This document shows positions 27,059 through 41,668 of a DNA stretch of 64,000 bases, piece after piece (the first letter of the stretch is position 1; each line of letters starts with the position of its first letter). The stretch spans positions 16,526,150 through 16,590,149 of the forward strand of contig NC_134026.1 of NCBI RefSeq assembly GCF_964204645.1, read 5' to 3'. The notes below the pieces were generated by a model. The model saw only the letters and a program-made list of their open reading frames with translations. It had not been told where the DNA came from and searched no databases. Both the position numbers and the translations under genes were made by a program. The stretch comes from Tubulanus polymorphus (Eukaryota; Animalia; Nemertea).

Positions 27059-28869
27059 CAGGAAATATTGTACGAATCCGCTCATGTTTTACGTTAGTAG
27101 ATCAAGTTCACTTCATACTACATCGCTAAAATCCCCCAAAACCACATACGCTAGTTTACTGTTTCTGATGTTTTGCCTCTAAACTCGGTCTCACCGCCGC
27201 GACAGCTGGAAAGCTGCCTCCGTTTTTGACTTAAGGGTGGCAGGCTTAGTCTATCTATCTCATTAAAAACTTCCAAAAACCTAATCGTGACAATGTAAAT
27301 AAAACCCGATCAACACTGTTTATACGTTAGAGTGTACACATGTATTCAATATCCATGTGCCTACGCCGCTTTCTGTATATTAGAAACACAAAACTGCTCC
27401 CCGTGTGAAAAACTTTTACTTTTAGGCAAACTCAGCACCAGATGTGAAGTACCGATTGCGCACCCCACTACGGAGAAACCCATCCTCATCGGAGCTACAC
27501 CGTCGATGTTATAAACTGCACTTCCGTTACTCAAGGACCATACTCTCATCTGGAGAATTTGCGTTTCGAAATGTGCTTCCTTTCTATCTAGTCAACACGC
27601 GGGACAATCAACTTAGAGGACTTTATACATCAACATCAATCTATCCGAGAAAAGAACTACGATAAACTATCGGACTATTTACATGTAGAAAACGACAAAA
27701 AAATGAAAAAAATGGAAAAAAATCTTCAACCTTGTAACAAAGCTATTTCCAAAATTTCGATGCATTGAAATAGGTAGCCAGAAAAATTTACCCCAATCAG
27801 TCGCTTGCCGGTTCAGACTGGAAGATTGTTTGAATGAACCGGAACCGAATTTCCCAGTTATGTACTTTAATTTAAACAAAAAATTCTGTAAACTCGACCG
27901 CCGATCACACAAATATCTGTACTTCGATTTCCGATTTCAAAATCAAACCCCCTGTTTCGCTCCCGTCAGGTTTGGTGAGTCTGTAAGGGACACTCAATCA
28001 AAAAAATCAAACGAAATTTACCGACCAAATAAATAACAGGGACAATCCCTAATTTAAGATCAAAATCCCCAAAAAGCGGCATAAAATTGCCCATTTACAA
28101 CCAAATTAAGAACCAAATTAAGGCCTTATCAATAGCCCTCAGAAGCAGTCGCCATTTTACTGCTTTATAAAACTGCATTATTTTTCCTAAGCCCGTTAAT
28201 CATTTTGGATGAGATATCAGTAAACACGAATTTAACATCCCGTTTTAAACTAACAGATCCAGTGCAGCTGAATCTAAAATCTGGGAAACTAACTGCATTT
28301 CCCATATTCCTAGGGTATGGACTTCATTATATGCTTAAGATCCACTCCCATAGCATAGGAAAAATCCTTATCACAGCTTATATCGGAATGTGATTCGAAT
28401 CGTATTTGCTTCAGATGCTTCTGGTTTTCCATGATTTTCTGGGTAGTTCGCACTGATCCACCCATGTTAAACAACCACGTTTGTAGGGACAGATGGATGG
28501 ACCCAGGTAATGGTCCTCATTCGAAAGGCTTACCTTTGCATACGTCATTTACCATTGCGTAACCGAACGTACAATTAGAATCTGAAATTCGAGAATAAAA
28601 ATTCATCGATTAGCAGCAAAATCTTTACACACTGACGCAGATTCAGCACTGGGAAAAAATGAAAATTAGATGCAAGTTGGTGGTTCATTTGGCAAATGTG
28701 GATTAACAAATACGAGTATGTGCACCACACTACAAAAACAAAAACCTTTAAAGACTGGTTGCCGGGTTGCTTCTGGGAGCACCTGACGGATATATTCAAT
28801 TTTCGGTTCGAGTCCTGGTACTTTCCATATTTTCATTATGGATCTTCGATTGCAGTGCCGTAAAAATTA

Positions 28870-29160
28870 ATTTCATTTCATTATCAACTGTTTTGTAGCC
28901 CGCAAAAGATTCATCCCGTAACAAAGTGATGACACTCTTATTCAGTAGCACTGTCTGGCGGGCTCAATCCTCTCCAAGAGCTCCGTCTAGCGGGACAAAT
29001 TCAATTCAAACTCATTTTTAACACCCTCAACCCGCTGGGGGAGAGACCAGCGAAGAACATTCAACCAAGAAACTCTGTCGCCACCAGGGTTTGAACCCAT
29101 AAACCCTGGATTGACGAGACCAGTGACCGGCGGCTTACCCCACTCGGCCACTGCGCTTCA
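28870..29160 (-). mobile_element. tRNA-derived SINE-like element
   Basis: A-box TGGCCGAGTGG and B-box GGTTCAAACC on minus strand at 29080-29158; no clean cloverleaf; 3' end approximate. Confidence 0.55.
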
Positions 29161-31894
29161 AAGTTCAAATCAATACAGTTAATACTTTATAGCTTTCTTA
29201 AACAAAACATCAGTTTTTGCACTCCTCGTGGCTGATATTTTATCCGAATATAATAAACCCGGAACAAAAAACTTTGAACCGTTTGATCTTTGTTGAAGCA
29301 TTAAATTTCTCTCCTCGTAATTCTATTTCATCCTAGTATATTTTTACATTTTAGTAGTCGAATGAACAATAATCAGTGTATGCTTTCAGTGATACATTCT
29401 ATCATATAAAATTCAATTGTGGGACTTTGTTATTAATATTTCTCCATCTCTATCTACCGCAGCTACAATTATTAGAAATCTACTCCATTAAAGACGGCAT
29501 GTTCTCCGAGTCCCTTTATTAAACATCTTGATGGTCTTTAGAAAGAGTTCAAATTTGATTCTAATTTTCTAAATAATGAAATTCTTTTGTAATCTTTTAA
29601 GCTGTTCATTTACGCTGGTTCTATTAAAACCTATATCAGGTATGTACTTCCAAAACTGTACTGTGCCAGCGTCCTCGAGTCAATTTATTTTTGAAGCTCT
29701 TTGTGTAAACTTCAAGAACGGACAATTATTGGTCGTGGATCGTTTTACTTCCCATTCAAAACATTTTTAGAACTCTTAAACACCTCAATGTGTCGCACGA
29801 TATTTCTCCCAGAAATTGACCGTGTAGGCATTTGTAGTCATGTCTAGCCTTTGGAGTGAGTGAGTTTTACCGTACCCATCGCATCGTTAGGATGTCATAC
29901 TTAAAGGCACCCGCCGCGCACGAGCGCATTTTTGGTAGGTATTTAGCGCAGAATTACAGGCCCACGCACACGAACCGAAAAATGAACTCATCAAAGGGAG
30001 CTGTGGCAAGTGTGTATGAAAAACCATATTTATGACATGATCTGCACCATTTACAAGGACTACATATTGTCCTCGTCAAATCTTTTTGGATATTGGGAAA
30101 TTTTTCTATTCGCCATACATCTATAATCGGGATGAGGGGAAAATTCAAGTAACCCCATATCATACAGAGAGTGATACTTATGTAATAAATCTACGTTTTT
30201 CTAATCTGACATCAAAATACTAGCCGCTATCATCAGGTTTTGAGGAATGCAGCGCAAAATGCGCTGAATTTCCCGCACATGAGTGCGTAAATTGCGCTGC
30301 GTCGAATAATATCAAACGTGCTAGATATTTGGCGAACAGCAAAGATGCGCTGGGAAACTGCTGCGCTGCGCTTAAACGATGGATTTTAAACCAAAATTAA
30401 TCGGGGACAACTTAGGCCGGTAAAAATTCATTCGGACCGGGCCTAATTTAAAAAGCACGTTTACTCATAAATCCCTCACTCAATACTGGATTGTTATCGA
30501 AACGATGCTTTGGCAAGCCTGGTGTAGCACTTCGGGTGATTTTTTTTCACAAGAGCGTTTCCACCATCTTGTTCGCAGTGTGCATGCTCTGCTGTATTTG
30601 TAACCAAATGCACGTGGAATCGCTGAGCACCGTGTGTCACTGCAGTGTAGGGCGTGTGCCTACGTAATAGAAGTGCATTGTTGAAGCAATAGTTATAGGG
30701 TTTTATCAAAAAAACATAAAGTGGAAAAATGTACAGCTTATAAAAGCGTGTAAACCACCAATCTTAGGTGGAAAATAGCTCACAAACAAATAGTCGTAAA
30801 GATATGATCTTGGTATCACTGGTTTCAGCTAGCCTAATGAATAAGTTCAATGAAACCTTTTATGCGTTGGTATTCCACTAGATGGCAAGTGAGTTTGAGC
30901 AATTTCTAACACTCGAGGGGTGTTCACATGCATTGTAGTGGGCTCTATGGTTGTTATCAGATGACTCTGGTAGTAGTAGCCATCATATAAGCATATGGAT
31001 GTAAACAAGAGGTTACAGCACAACAGAGGATGCGATTGGCTGATAAATTAAGACTCAGGATATCGCTATTTCAGCATGACCTGAATACATGAGCATAGGG
31101 CAAAGGCAACTTAAAGGGAACATATTCCGATTTGTTCTACAAACATGATAGCACTCCGCTTGGAGTATACCAGAGGAAAATAGCAAAATTTAAGATTTTG
31201 CTGATTTTTTTACTGAAATGTCATTTCACTTTCTTTTCGATAATTTGAATTTGAGAGTCTGATGTTTAATAAATTCTAAAATTCTAGATAAATTATAAAG
31301 CCATAACAGCCCAGAAAACTCTTGAAAACTAAAGGGTAGATATTGAAAAAATGAAATATATACTGATATTATGATAATTATTTCTTACTTAGAATTAAAT
31401 ATTTGCATTGTTCGTGGCAATCATATCTTGAATCATAATTGAAAAACCCATATATGAATAACATCATAATTTCATAAAAGCATACGTATTTTTGATGACA
31501 TTTTGAGTTTACTGAAAATATATGAACCCAACACCAAGTTTTCAGGGAATTCATGTTGCCGTCGATAAATAAACATCTAGCAATTTATTTTCTCAATCCT
31601 TACAACATGAAATACTGTCACAGTATGATAACCAACAAGAGTTCACAAATCATTGATTGATTAGTTACATCACAGACTCTCAAAGGAGAGTCCAATCATT
31701 GGTATAACTTTGAGCATTTTGTGTTTACATCATGGGTGTATAAATGAGTCAGAAATACGTAAGGATTATCCATTTATTTTGCTAGAGTGTATAGGTCCAT
31801 GGTTACAAATGTGAGGTCACTCAAATAGGCCTAACCCCAATAAAAGAATGGCAGTTACCATCCATAAAGATGACACATTCCAGATGGGAGGCCA

Positions 31895-32235
31895 TTAGAA
31901 TTTGAAAATGATTTAAAAGTTAAAAAGAAAAGAAAAGCAAAATTATATATCATTTTATTATAAGTGGTTCGGTTACAATTAGTTCGGTGATTATATTTTT
32001 AGCAATATTCTCGCCATTAACACCTTTAGCCATATCAATTGGTGTGCTAGGTTTAAGTTCTAGTGTATTGACTGGCATAAGCTCAAAGTTGAATATAAAA
32101 AGTAATAAAGAAAAAATAAAATCTAATATAAAAGAAATAAATTAAAAAATGCATTAAATTATATAATAAGTTTAAATGGTAATATTACAATTGAAGAGCA
32201 GGATAAATTATTAAAAGAATTAATCAAATATTAAT
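31895..32235 (+). pseudogene. membrane protein fragment, homolog of 60175..60608
   Basis: near-identical DNA (ttagaatttgaaa...gcaatattctc.cc.ttaacacctttagc). Confidence 0.7.
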
Positions 32236-32250
32236 TTTCTTATTATATAA

Positions 32251-33399
32251 ATGGGGTTTCCAAAAGCTTTCCAATTTAATAAATCAATTAAATATAATAT
32301 TCCTGTAATAGACTTTAATAAAAAATATTCCCTTTAAAAATTTAGTTTTAAATTCATTAATTGATTTAGAAATTTATTTTACTGAAACAAAGTTTTTTTA
32401 TTTCTATAATGGAAAATATATTCAATACATAAGAAGTTACTTTTACTCGAGATGAATATACTATATATAAAATAAAATCTAATATGAAATATTGGCATAA
32501 TCAATTAGATTTTGCTGTTTATTGTGCAACAACAGGATGTGGTATAAGTTGGAACAATCATCTTAATAACTTAGATAAAAATTTGAATTATGCTGATTTA
32601 AAATTACTTCATACAATATTTATATTTCACACGTATTTTCAAATCAGAATATATTAAATGAATTAGAATGTCCTTTCTTGGATCGAAATATTTTAAAGAA
32701 TTGGATAATAATATTAATCTATCTAAAGTTTTATAAAATATGTAATGAATTTAATATAGATATAAATAATTCCGACATTAGAGCGCATGGTAAATTGCAT
32801 GGTGTTGGTGAACAGTTTGAAATAATAAGAATTGACTATATGCCTAGAAATGGAGCTTATCATAATTATAAAAATGATAATAATAATGGTTGGATCTATT
32901 TTATTTCAGAAAATAGTGAAGGTTTTTCCAAGCCAAATCAATCTATTAGAATTCATTTAATTTGTATTTTAGGATCACAGGTTGAAACAAGATCACCAAT
33001 AGTTGGCAATGATAATACTCCATATGATATACAAAAACAAAGTTTTATTTGAAGATTCTTTTCATAATAAAAATAGATCGATTCCAGAAAATAAAGTAAG
33101 ATATCAAAATTAATTTGGATTAAAGGATTTAAATAAAAAAATTATTACTGCACCAAAACTAATGGAAGGTGACAGAATTTAGAAAAAATATACAATCAAC
33201 AGAAACTGAAACTAAGAATATTAAATTAAATAATGATTCTAAAATAAAAGATTACAATACATCAGAAAATATAAAAACTGATAATATTCAGCATGAAATA
33301 ATTAAAACTAATAATGATAATAAATCACATGAAAATACTAAATTAGCTATAACTTGTATAGGAATTGTAATAGGAGGAATATTATATTTTAAATTTTAA
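32251..33399 (+). pseudogene. conserved Polinton-like hypothetical protein (QLDFAVYCATTGCG motif, C-terminal TM)
   Basis: MGFPKAFQ start shared with 60626; multiple frameshifts. Confidence 0.6.
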
Positions 33400-33415
33400 T
33401 TTTTATAAGATATAA

Positions 33416-36232
33416 ATGGATGTAGAAGGTGGAGAAGATATTCCAATGGATACTTTCGATGAACCCGGTATAACCGATGAAAAACCACCTGATTTTAATG
33501 AAATTAATATTGATAATGATAATGAAACAGCATATAATAATAATCTAGCTGATGATGATGAATATTCTACTTTAGATTCTTATAATAGTGGTTCTTATTA
33601 TGAATTACATGAAAAATTAGAATAATATAAAGAATTGCATGTGGTAGAATTTCAACTAGATCAGAAAGAAAAGATTTCATGAATCAATTACAACAAACAG
33701 AATTTCCCAGTAGAAGGAAGGAATTATATTTAATGAAAACTAGAGTAACAGATACAGTTGTAAACGAATTATTACTAAGAGATGTAGCATATAACGTTGA
33801 TTCAGAAGGAATTGTAATACAGATTTTAAAAGATTACCCATATTTCATATATAATTTAGAATTTAGAAAATGATACATGGTATTATAATGTTGAATTAAA
33901 TATAAAAAATTGTATCAATTCAATTATCTAAAATGGGTCAAGAAAATATGTTTGAACCTGGAATGTTAGCAAGATCTACTATTGAAAAATCAAAAGGTGG
34001 CTCAGAAATTCTCAGAATTGTATGGAATGCACTCGAAAAAGTAAATAAAAAAGAACCAATTCAGAATATTGATATTAACAAATATTCACCATTTAAAAAT
34101 CCAAATTTTAATCCTTTTGATGTTTATCCAGAAATGGAAGAGTATGGAGATCGATTAGATAAATTAAGAACTTCAACACCAGAAACATCGAGAAGAGACA
34201 CGCAACCAATTAATAATGATTCAAGTCAATTACAGTTAGTAATAGAAAAACAAATGGATTGACTAAATAATTCAGAAGAATAGATAAATAGTACTTTAGA
34301 TAAATTTGGTACTGAAACTGGAACAAATCAAACGCAATCTTTATTTAAAAAAGGATTTCCTGATTTAACTTATGAAGATTTAGAAATATTTCCTAAACAA
34401 GCACGTAGAGAAATTAAAGGGGCACAAATATCAGCTGATAAAACTGCGCACGATAAAATGATTAGAGATCAAAAAATAAATTGCCCATGGGCAAAGTGTG
34501 GTTTACCTTGAAAGCTAGAGGTTGTTTGGAGTAAGGGCATTGCTTGAAAAATCTTATTAATTCGTGTCTTCAAAGTTCTAGAAGTTTATATTGTATTTTA
34601 TCTTTCTTACAGTATTATTTTGTAGTCAAATAAGACCAAATATAAACATTTGTTTATGGTCTACGTCCAAAATTTCGTAGGGTACGGGCAGGCGCGGCAG
34701 GGAAACTATTTCATATTTTCAAAAAAATATTTTTAACAATATGAAAAAATATTCAAATAAAATTCATATGATGTCACATATCAGAGGGTGGCTGAATATT
34801 GAGTCTTGGGAACGAAACCTCTTCCAATGTATGGCCGCGGAAGCTAAAACAACGGGGCGTAGTATTAGATCGTTTTAAATCCTGGAATGTATCACTACAA
34901 TATTCAGACCTCGACCTATACCTATAGTTTGCTGCTTAGTATTTTCAGGTCACAAGAAATTACAATTCATTACAAATTCTATTAAACAGAAAACACAGCG
35001 CTTATCTTCTGTTACGGCGATTATTCAGCCTGTTATCATAGCAAACGTGCACGCGCCAAGCAGCGCTACAGCATCACCATATAGTAGTCTGTATGAGCGA
35101 GCGTGTGTTTGTGTGTGCAACAGTCCAATGTTTAGCACTCTTGCGCAAGTGGATGCCTTGTGTAGTGAACGTTCGCTTCACTTCAATCTCAATCACCAAT
35201 CACCGGGTATCAAAATGAAACAATACCTATGGCGGTATGTGAAATAATTATATTCGTACCAGCAATGAGCATCTAAAATTCGCACATATACGGTACCAGT
35301 CCAATGAACGTTCGCCATTAATGGCTTTCCCATAATTATTCTTTAGTAGCGCCGGAATTCCCCGTATATCCCAAAAACAGCCAATCACATTCGCTCGTAG
35401 AGACGAGACCCCCGATCGAGGTCATTGCAATTTTATACGCAAGTGCAAAGATTTTTCCCGCCAAAATCAGTTTTTCGTCGAATTTAAACAAAGTTGACCA
35501 TGTCATCGATGGAGGTTCGTCATGTCTTCAATCGCATCGATAATACGTCGTTTAACCCGAGAACCAATCAAAAAAATGCTCACATAAAAAAAGGTACCGC
35601 GATTTTACATGAATTGGCTCAATGCCAACCTCATACTGCTGACCAATTAAAAAACCAATTAATACATTAGAAGATGAATGAACTAAATCAAGTAAAGGAT
35701 TAGAACAATTAGTGTCCGATTTAGATCATCAAGTAATTGATGAAATAGAATATAGACAAAAAGAATTAATTTAGAAAAATAAATTGATGATTTAAAATAT
35801 AATTCAGAATTACAGAAAGAAGAAATTAAATGATTATTAAAATCATACGATTATAATATTAAAAGATTAAAAGTTTTTTTTAAAGATTTTTTGATAAAAC
35901 CTAATTCTTAAGTATCATGGAAAGATAGAATAAAATTATCATTTAAATTAGAAGGTATAACAATTCTTTCAATTCTAACAGCTGTAACTATGGTATTTAC
36001 AACAATAGGTTTAGCTATATCAAATTCATTAAAATCTCCACCAAATCCTAATAAACCGGATAAACCACCGAGTCATAATTCTGTAGAAGATAAAGTTAAG
36101 GATGGTTTGAAAGAATTGCAAAATATTTAAGGGAACTATCTAAAAAAATATGCTCCAGCTTTACCGGGCGTTATAGCATCAATTGTTGGTTTTGTTTTAA
36201 AATCTGCTGGAAATATTAAATATTATGCTGGA
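33416..36232 (+). pseudogene. large acidic/coiled-coil protein with C-terminal hydrophobic helices, interrupted by about 1.1-kb insertion
   Basis: ORF pieces 33416, 33679, 33933; C-terminal EGITILSILTAV...ALPGVIASIVGFVL, a motif I recall from invertebrate Polinton-like elements. Confidence 0.55.
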
Positions 36233-37600
36233 AAGTAACTGGTAATGATAATAATTATGTCGTAGATAATGTTGGAAGATATCTATTTAAAAAATCAATT
36301 ATAAAGATTGGACCAGAAACAGTTTTTCATTAGATGATTATCATTTATTTACGCATTATTAAGTTTTATGATTAACAAAAGAAAATAGAAACAAGGCAAT
36401 TTGATACTACGTATCTATTTCCCCCGCGATAGCCAGTAGGGAATTAATGACCCCTGAAGACACTGATCTTTGGTAAAGAAAAATGATGAGTGTATCCAGG
36501 GATAACCATACTATGAAATATCATTTTCCTGCCATGAATGATTATTTAAGAATTGAGTTTACAGGGTTTTAGGCAAAAGACGTCTACCAACCTTGACATT
36601 TGACCCTAGAACTCCAAAATCACTAATGCACATCCTCTCCCCAGGGGTAATCATTCTATGAAATAGCATTGTTCTGTTATCAATGGTTCTTCTTGAATCG
36701 TATTTACAAGGTTTCAAATGAATGACCTGTAGTGACCTTGACCTTTGGTCCTTGGACCCCAAAATCAATAGGGCACATCCTCTACTTAGGGGTAATCATA
36801 CTACATAATATCGTGGTCCTGCTATCGACGGTTCTTCTTGATCACGTTCACAAGGTTTTACACGAATGACCTGTAGTGACCTCGACCTTTGATCCTTGGA
36901 CTCCAGAATCTATAGGGCACATCCTCTCCCTAGGGGTAATCATGCTACGTAATATCATGGTCCTGCTATCAACGGTTCTTCTTGAATCGCGTTCTTAAGG
37001 TTTTACATGAATGACCTTTAGTGAACTTGACCTTTGGTCCTTGGACGCCAAAATCAAGAGGGCACATCCTCTCCCTAGGGGTAATCATACTACGTAATAT
37101 CATGGTCCTGCGATCGACGGTTCTTCTTGAATCACGTTCACAAGGTTTTACATGAATGACCTGTAGTAACCTTGACCTTTGGTCCTTGTACCCCAAAATC
37201 ACTAGGGCACATCCTCTCCCTAGGGGTAATCATACTACTTAATATCATGGTCCTGCGATCAATGGTTCTTCTTGAATCACGTTCACAATGATTTACATGA
37301 ATGGCCTGTAGTGACCTTGACCTTTGGTCCTTGGACCCCAAAATTAATAGGGCACATCCTCTCCCTAGGGGTAATCATACTGTGCAATATCATAGTCCTG
37401 CGATCAACGGTTCTTCTTGAATCGCGTTCACAAGCTCACGCGGACGGACGGACGGACGGATGCGGATACCAAGTCCCCGCTCGCAGCCTACGCCGCGCGG
37501 TGGACAATAATATGATATTTCAAGGTATCCAATCAGAAAACCAAAATAAATTAAGATCAGAAGCTAATAATGCAGTAGTAACTTATGACATAGATAAAAA
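36233..37600 (+). pseudogene. probable major capsid protein internal fragment split by the HINE insertion
   Basis: Joined flanks read NNYVVDNVGRYLFKKSIIKIG...LTKENR|NNMIFQGIQSENQNKLRS, resembling from memory the major capsid of this Polinton group. Confidence 0.5.
36391..37507. mobile_element. HINE/DINE-like element with about six 145-bp internal tandem repeats
   Basis: repeat anchors at 36721, 36865, 37010, 37155 and 37300; (GACG)n and short hairpin near end; inserted at an A|A site without TSD. Confidence 0.85.
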
Positions 37601-37639
37601 AAACTATATTTGTACATAAAGAATATATCTTTACATTAT

Positions 37640-38009
37640 TAGTAACATTTATTCATCACTCAGATTTATTATATATATTACTGTTTCAATAATAATATTT
37701 ATTTATCACACAGATTTATTATATATATTACTGTTTCAATAATAATATTTATTTATCTCAAAGATTTATTATATTACTGTTTCAATAATGATATTCATTT
37801 ATCTCACAGATTTATTAGATATATTTGATTCAGTAATATTTATTTATCTCACACATTTATTATATATTACTCTTTCAGTAATGATAAATCTATGTGTCTC
37901 TATTGTCTTGAGTAGTTTAGTAGTTTCAAAAATAATTTAAATCAGTAAGAATAAAATAAAGTTTTATTCTTTATATACTAAAAGTACTAAGACTACTAAA
38001 GACATAAAG

Positions 38010-38080
<71 letters not shown>

Positions 38081-38216
38081 ATTCAGTAATACATATCATA
38101 GATTTATTTATCTCACAGATTCATCATATATATTTTATTTTTTCAAGTACTAATACAATACAGATTTATTCTTTATGTACTCAAAGTACTAAGACTACTA
38201 AAGACAACAAAGACAC
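37640..38216. repeat. AT-rich about 50-bp tandem repeats, hairpins and (TA)n at the convergent gene junction of copy B
   Basis: cacagatttattatatatattactgtttcaataat units; inverted repeat 37893-38013; (TA)n 38013-38077. Confidence 0.8.
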
Positions 38217-38239
38217 GGGGGGGGGGGGTATTAATTGAA

Positions 38240-38815
38240 ATATCTTTTACTGAGGTTATTTTGTAAGTTTATATTCATCGGCAAATTGAAGCATCAGAAG
38301 TAATTTGGAACCTTTATTATTTTTATCCGAAAAGTAATTTTTAACCTTTATTATTCATATATTCATCATGTAATTCAGTAGGTATAATTTGATTTACTTC
38401 CGGAGATTATTGCATAGATTTTTTTTATCTTTATTGTAGAATAAAACTAAAAATCTTATATTCTCCCTAAAATCTTTAACAATTGAATTATATTTTTGAT
38501 TTAAAACCCATGTTGTATTTCCAAAATGTCTCCCAGAGAAAGCTATATAGCATAGTTCACTTTCTCTAATTTTTGAATCATGTAAATTTGCACAATCATA
38601 TATGATGAATGATGTATTTGATCCTGTATAAATATCAATTGCTATTTTATTACAATTAACTAAATTTTCTTTTACAGTTTTAGGATCTAATATAATAAAC
38701 TTTTTTATCTCAACTATATCCATATTATATGTTAAATTCATTTCATAAGGAGGACAGAATAATATTATATTAGCAAAATGATTTTTATAACAAAATGTGT
38801 TTTACCACAGTTTAT
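38240..38815 (-). pseudogene. A32/FtsK-like DNA packaging ATPase
   Basis: Walker A remnant NCGKTHF; FIIYDC (degenerate Walker B); AFSGRHFG..WVLNQKY...FRENIRFLVLF. Confidence 0.85.
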
Positions 38816-39864
38816 TTATCATCATACCCTTTATATTCAACCAAACAATATTTCTTGCCACGTTATGTTTTTGTTTTCATTACTTTTTCTTTTTAGTATT
38901 ATATATCATCTGGGTTTGGTACCAGTGATAATTCTTGTTGATAAAAATAACCTAATATTTCTTCATCTTTTAGATCTTCTAATTTATAAACAAGTTTAGT
39001 TTAGTTAATATTATTTTTTTAATTTTGAATATTTCTTCAGTAAAATTTGGAGTATAACCTTTATAAAATGTTTTTCGAATGTTTTTCGATATTTAGATAT
39101 TCTAACATGTTGTCCAATTTTAAATTTAGGTTCTCCGAAATCATGTGTAACAAACACTCCATATAAATTGTTCTAAACAACCTCTAAATTATATTCTTTT
39201 CTAGCTTTTATAGGTTTCATACTAATACTTGAATGTTTAGAATTATTATAACCTTCCACTAAATCATCTTATACATCATTATATTTATATGTTTCATTAG
39301 CAGTAAAATATTTCCATATTCTAGATTTCAATGTTTTATTAAATCTTTCTATAATAGATGCTTTTTTGTCAGAGTTTGTTGAAAAATATTCTATATTGTT
39401 ATCAGATAATAATTTTCTAAAATGTTTATTATAAATTTTTTTACCTTCATCAAATTGTATCTTATCTGAAATAGCTTCTTTAAATATTAATTTGAACGCA
39501 TTAGTAACTTCTATACCAGTTTTATTTTTGATTGTAATTGACCATGCGTATCTACTGAATATATCTATAACATTTAATATCCAAAGATATACTTTATTGT
39601 ATTCGTCTAGGTATCTTCATATCTATTAAATCTGCTTGCCATTGTTGATCAATATATGAAACCATAACTTTTCTTGTTAGATAACTTCTATCTATTTTGT
39701 CATGGATTTGATTTGTTGGTTGATTTTGTAACCATACTTTTAATTCACTATATGTTATATTTTCATTATTAAATTTTATTTGATCCCAAAATTCTGAAAC
39801 ACTAGAATATGATACTTCACTCTCCGGGTTATAATATATATCTTCAATATTGTTCTTTTTTCAT
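38815..39864 (-). pseudogene. retroviral-like (rve) integrase with C-terminal chromodomain
   Basis: QQWQADLIDM, VIDIFSRYAW, IQFDEGKKFYN, KASIIERFNKTLK, KFKIGQHVRISK, KGYTPNFTEEIFKI, CLVEYKGYDD. Confidence 0.92.
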
Positions 39865-40214
39865 CTTATTTTAATCCATTAATAATAATTAAGATCAATG
39901 ATAATTTCAATGATTTTATCATTTGATTTATTTTCTGGTAATATAGGTTTATTATCATCATTATTACTATTAAATTTGAATTTATATATTACATCAGAAA
40001 ATATAATTACTGTGATTAATCCAGTTGTAATATAAAAGTTATTATTTCTCTTAGTATTAGAAGAATTAGATTGATTATTATTCGAATTAATAACAGATAA
40101 TTTCTGTGATTTATTTATATCAGTTAATTTCTTTTTCTTAACTCGTTTTAACTCAGAATATCTTTTACCTAATTTAATTTGTTTTTCAGATCTAGGCTTT
40201 TTCGTAATATAATC

Positions 40215-40794
40215 ACTAATTTATTTTACTTGATTTTTGTTCTGATTCAATATCTGTATCGATATTATCTGATTTTTATCTTTGTATTCTATAGGTTTCA
40301 TATTAGAAAATGTTATTACACCAGTAGAAATTAATGTCATTTTTCCAACTAATTGAAAAGAAGCATATCCAACCCATTTTGGTAATTCTTTCATGACTAA
40401 GTAATCATTGTTTAAATCAGTATTTAATTTATTTTCATCATTAGTTGGTATTATCCGGTTGCATACCTAAGAATAACATTTTACTATTCCATCACTAATA
40501 TAATCATTTATTCCAGCTAATCTAGCTTCTTCATATATTTTAGAATATTTTATTACTTTTTCTTTGTCCATAGAGTCTAATTCTTGATATGTTATAACTT
40601 TTACTTAGGAATTCTTTGCATTTACCACTAGCAATTAGTAATTCGAGTTGATGTTTATAATATAAATAGTATTCAATATCAATATTATTATTTTGAATAC
40701 AATTAGTTGCTACATTATCATTATTATCAGTAATACCTAAATCTTCAATTGTCCTTTCAATATCAATATTATTCTTATTGGATTTCTTAGACAT
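40215..40794 (-). pseudogene. disrupted homolog of 954..1568
   Basis: MSKKSNK...YYLYYKHQLELLIASGKC, frameshift and stops. Confidence 0.75.
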
Positions 40795-41668
40795 TTATTT
40801 TAGAAAAAAGTGAAGAAAATTTTATACTTATTCTTCAAATGATACTAGTAACTCTTTGGGTTAATACTAGCTAGTTAAGTTAAATAATTCTAGTATTAAC
40901 TAGATTTGAATATCTATTTGAAGTTATGTAATTTTTATTCAATTCTTATCAAAATCTATTTAATATAGTGTTAATTAGAATTAAATAAGAATATATTAAA
41001 ATTATAATAGAATTCAATAGCTAGTTATAGATACGTAATTCTAAATACTTTCAATATGAATTAGGATTTAATATCTCACTACTTTTGTTTATCTATAAGG
41101 AGCAATTAAATTGTCCAGATAAGTCATTTCGGATCCTTGATATTACTCCCTAAAACTGAAAATTAATTTCGAAAATAATAGAAACCGCTATTCGGGCAAA
41201 ATATCATACATTGAAAATCTATACAGTATGACAAAACAGCTAAGTCTCATTCGATGTAACATCCATAATTTCTGATTCTGCATCTTCACTTTCTTGTGAT
41301 AAACTTCTTGTTACCTAAAAGAGAAATCTATCTAGATCGTAGAATAGAATTAACTTGAAGTTGTAGTTGCCAAATATAAATTGCTGCACTTAAACATATT
41401 TAAAGGTTTCTTTTTAAGTATCCCCTTTCCCGAATTCTTAATAACAACAAAAACGGTACTTAGATTTATTGCTGGAACCGAAAACTCCGAATTGTATTGC
41501 AAGAGAGAAATCCTGTGCGTATGTCGACCACGGGTGTTCGTTTATAATGAAATTAATCAATTTTATGTGTGCAATTATGTGACAGGTGTTTTGACATACA
41601 GGCAGTTTTACGATCGGGCGTTGTTGCTGGTTTTCTAAGCGCTTAATAAAGTCTCAGTATACGGTTCT

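Noticed and set aside
29080-29160. Possible tRNA gene (similar A/B-box segments near 8490-8570, 49575-49640 and 62215-62285)
   Set aside because: No convincing cloverleaf; better explained as SINE heads
36560-37440. Regular repeats considered as a CRISPR-like array or repeat-protein ORFs
   Set aside because: Units are contiguous 145-bp tandem repeats without unique spacers, inside a HINE-like element; the ORFs are by-products
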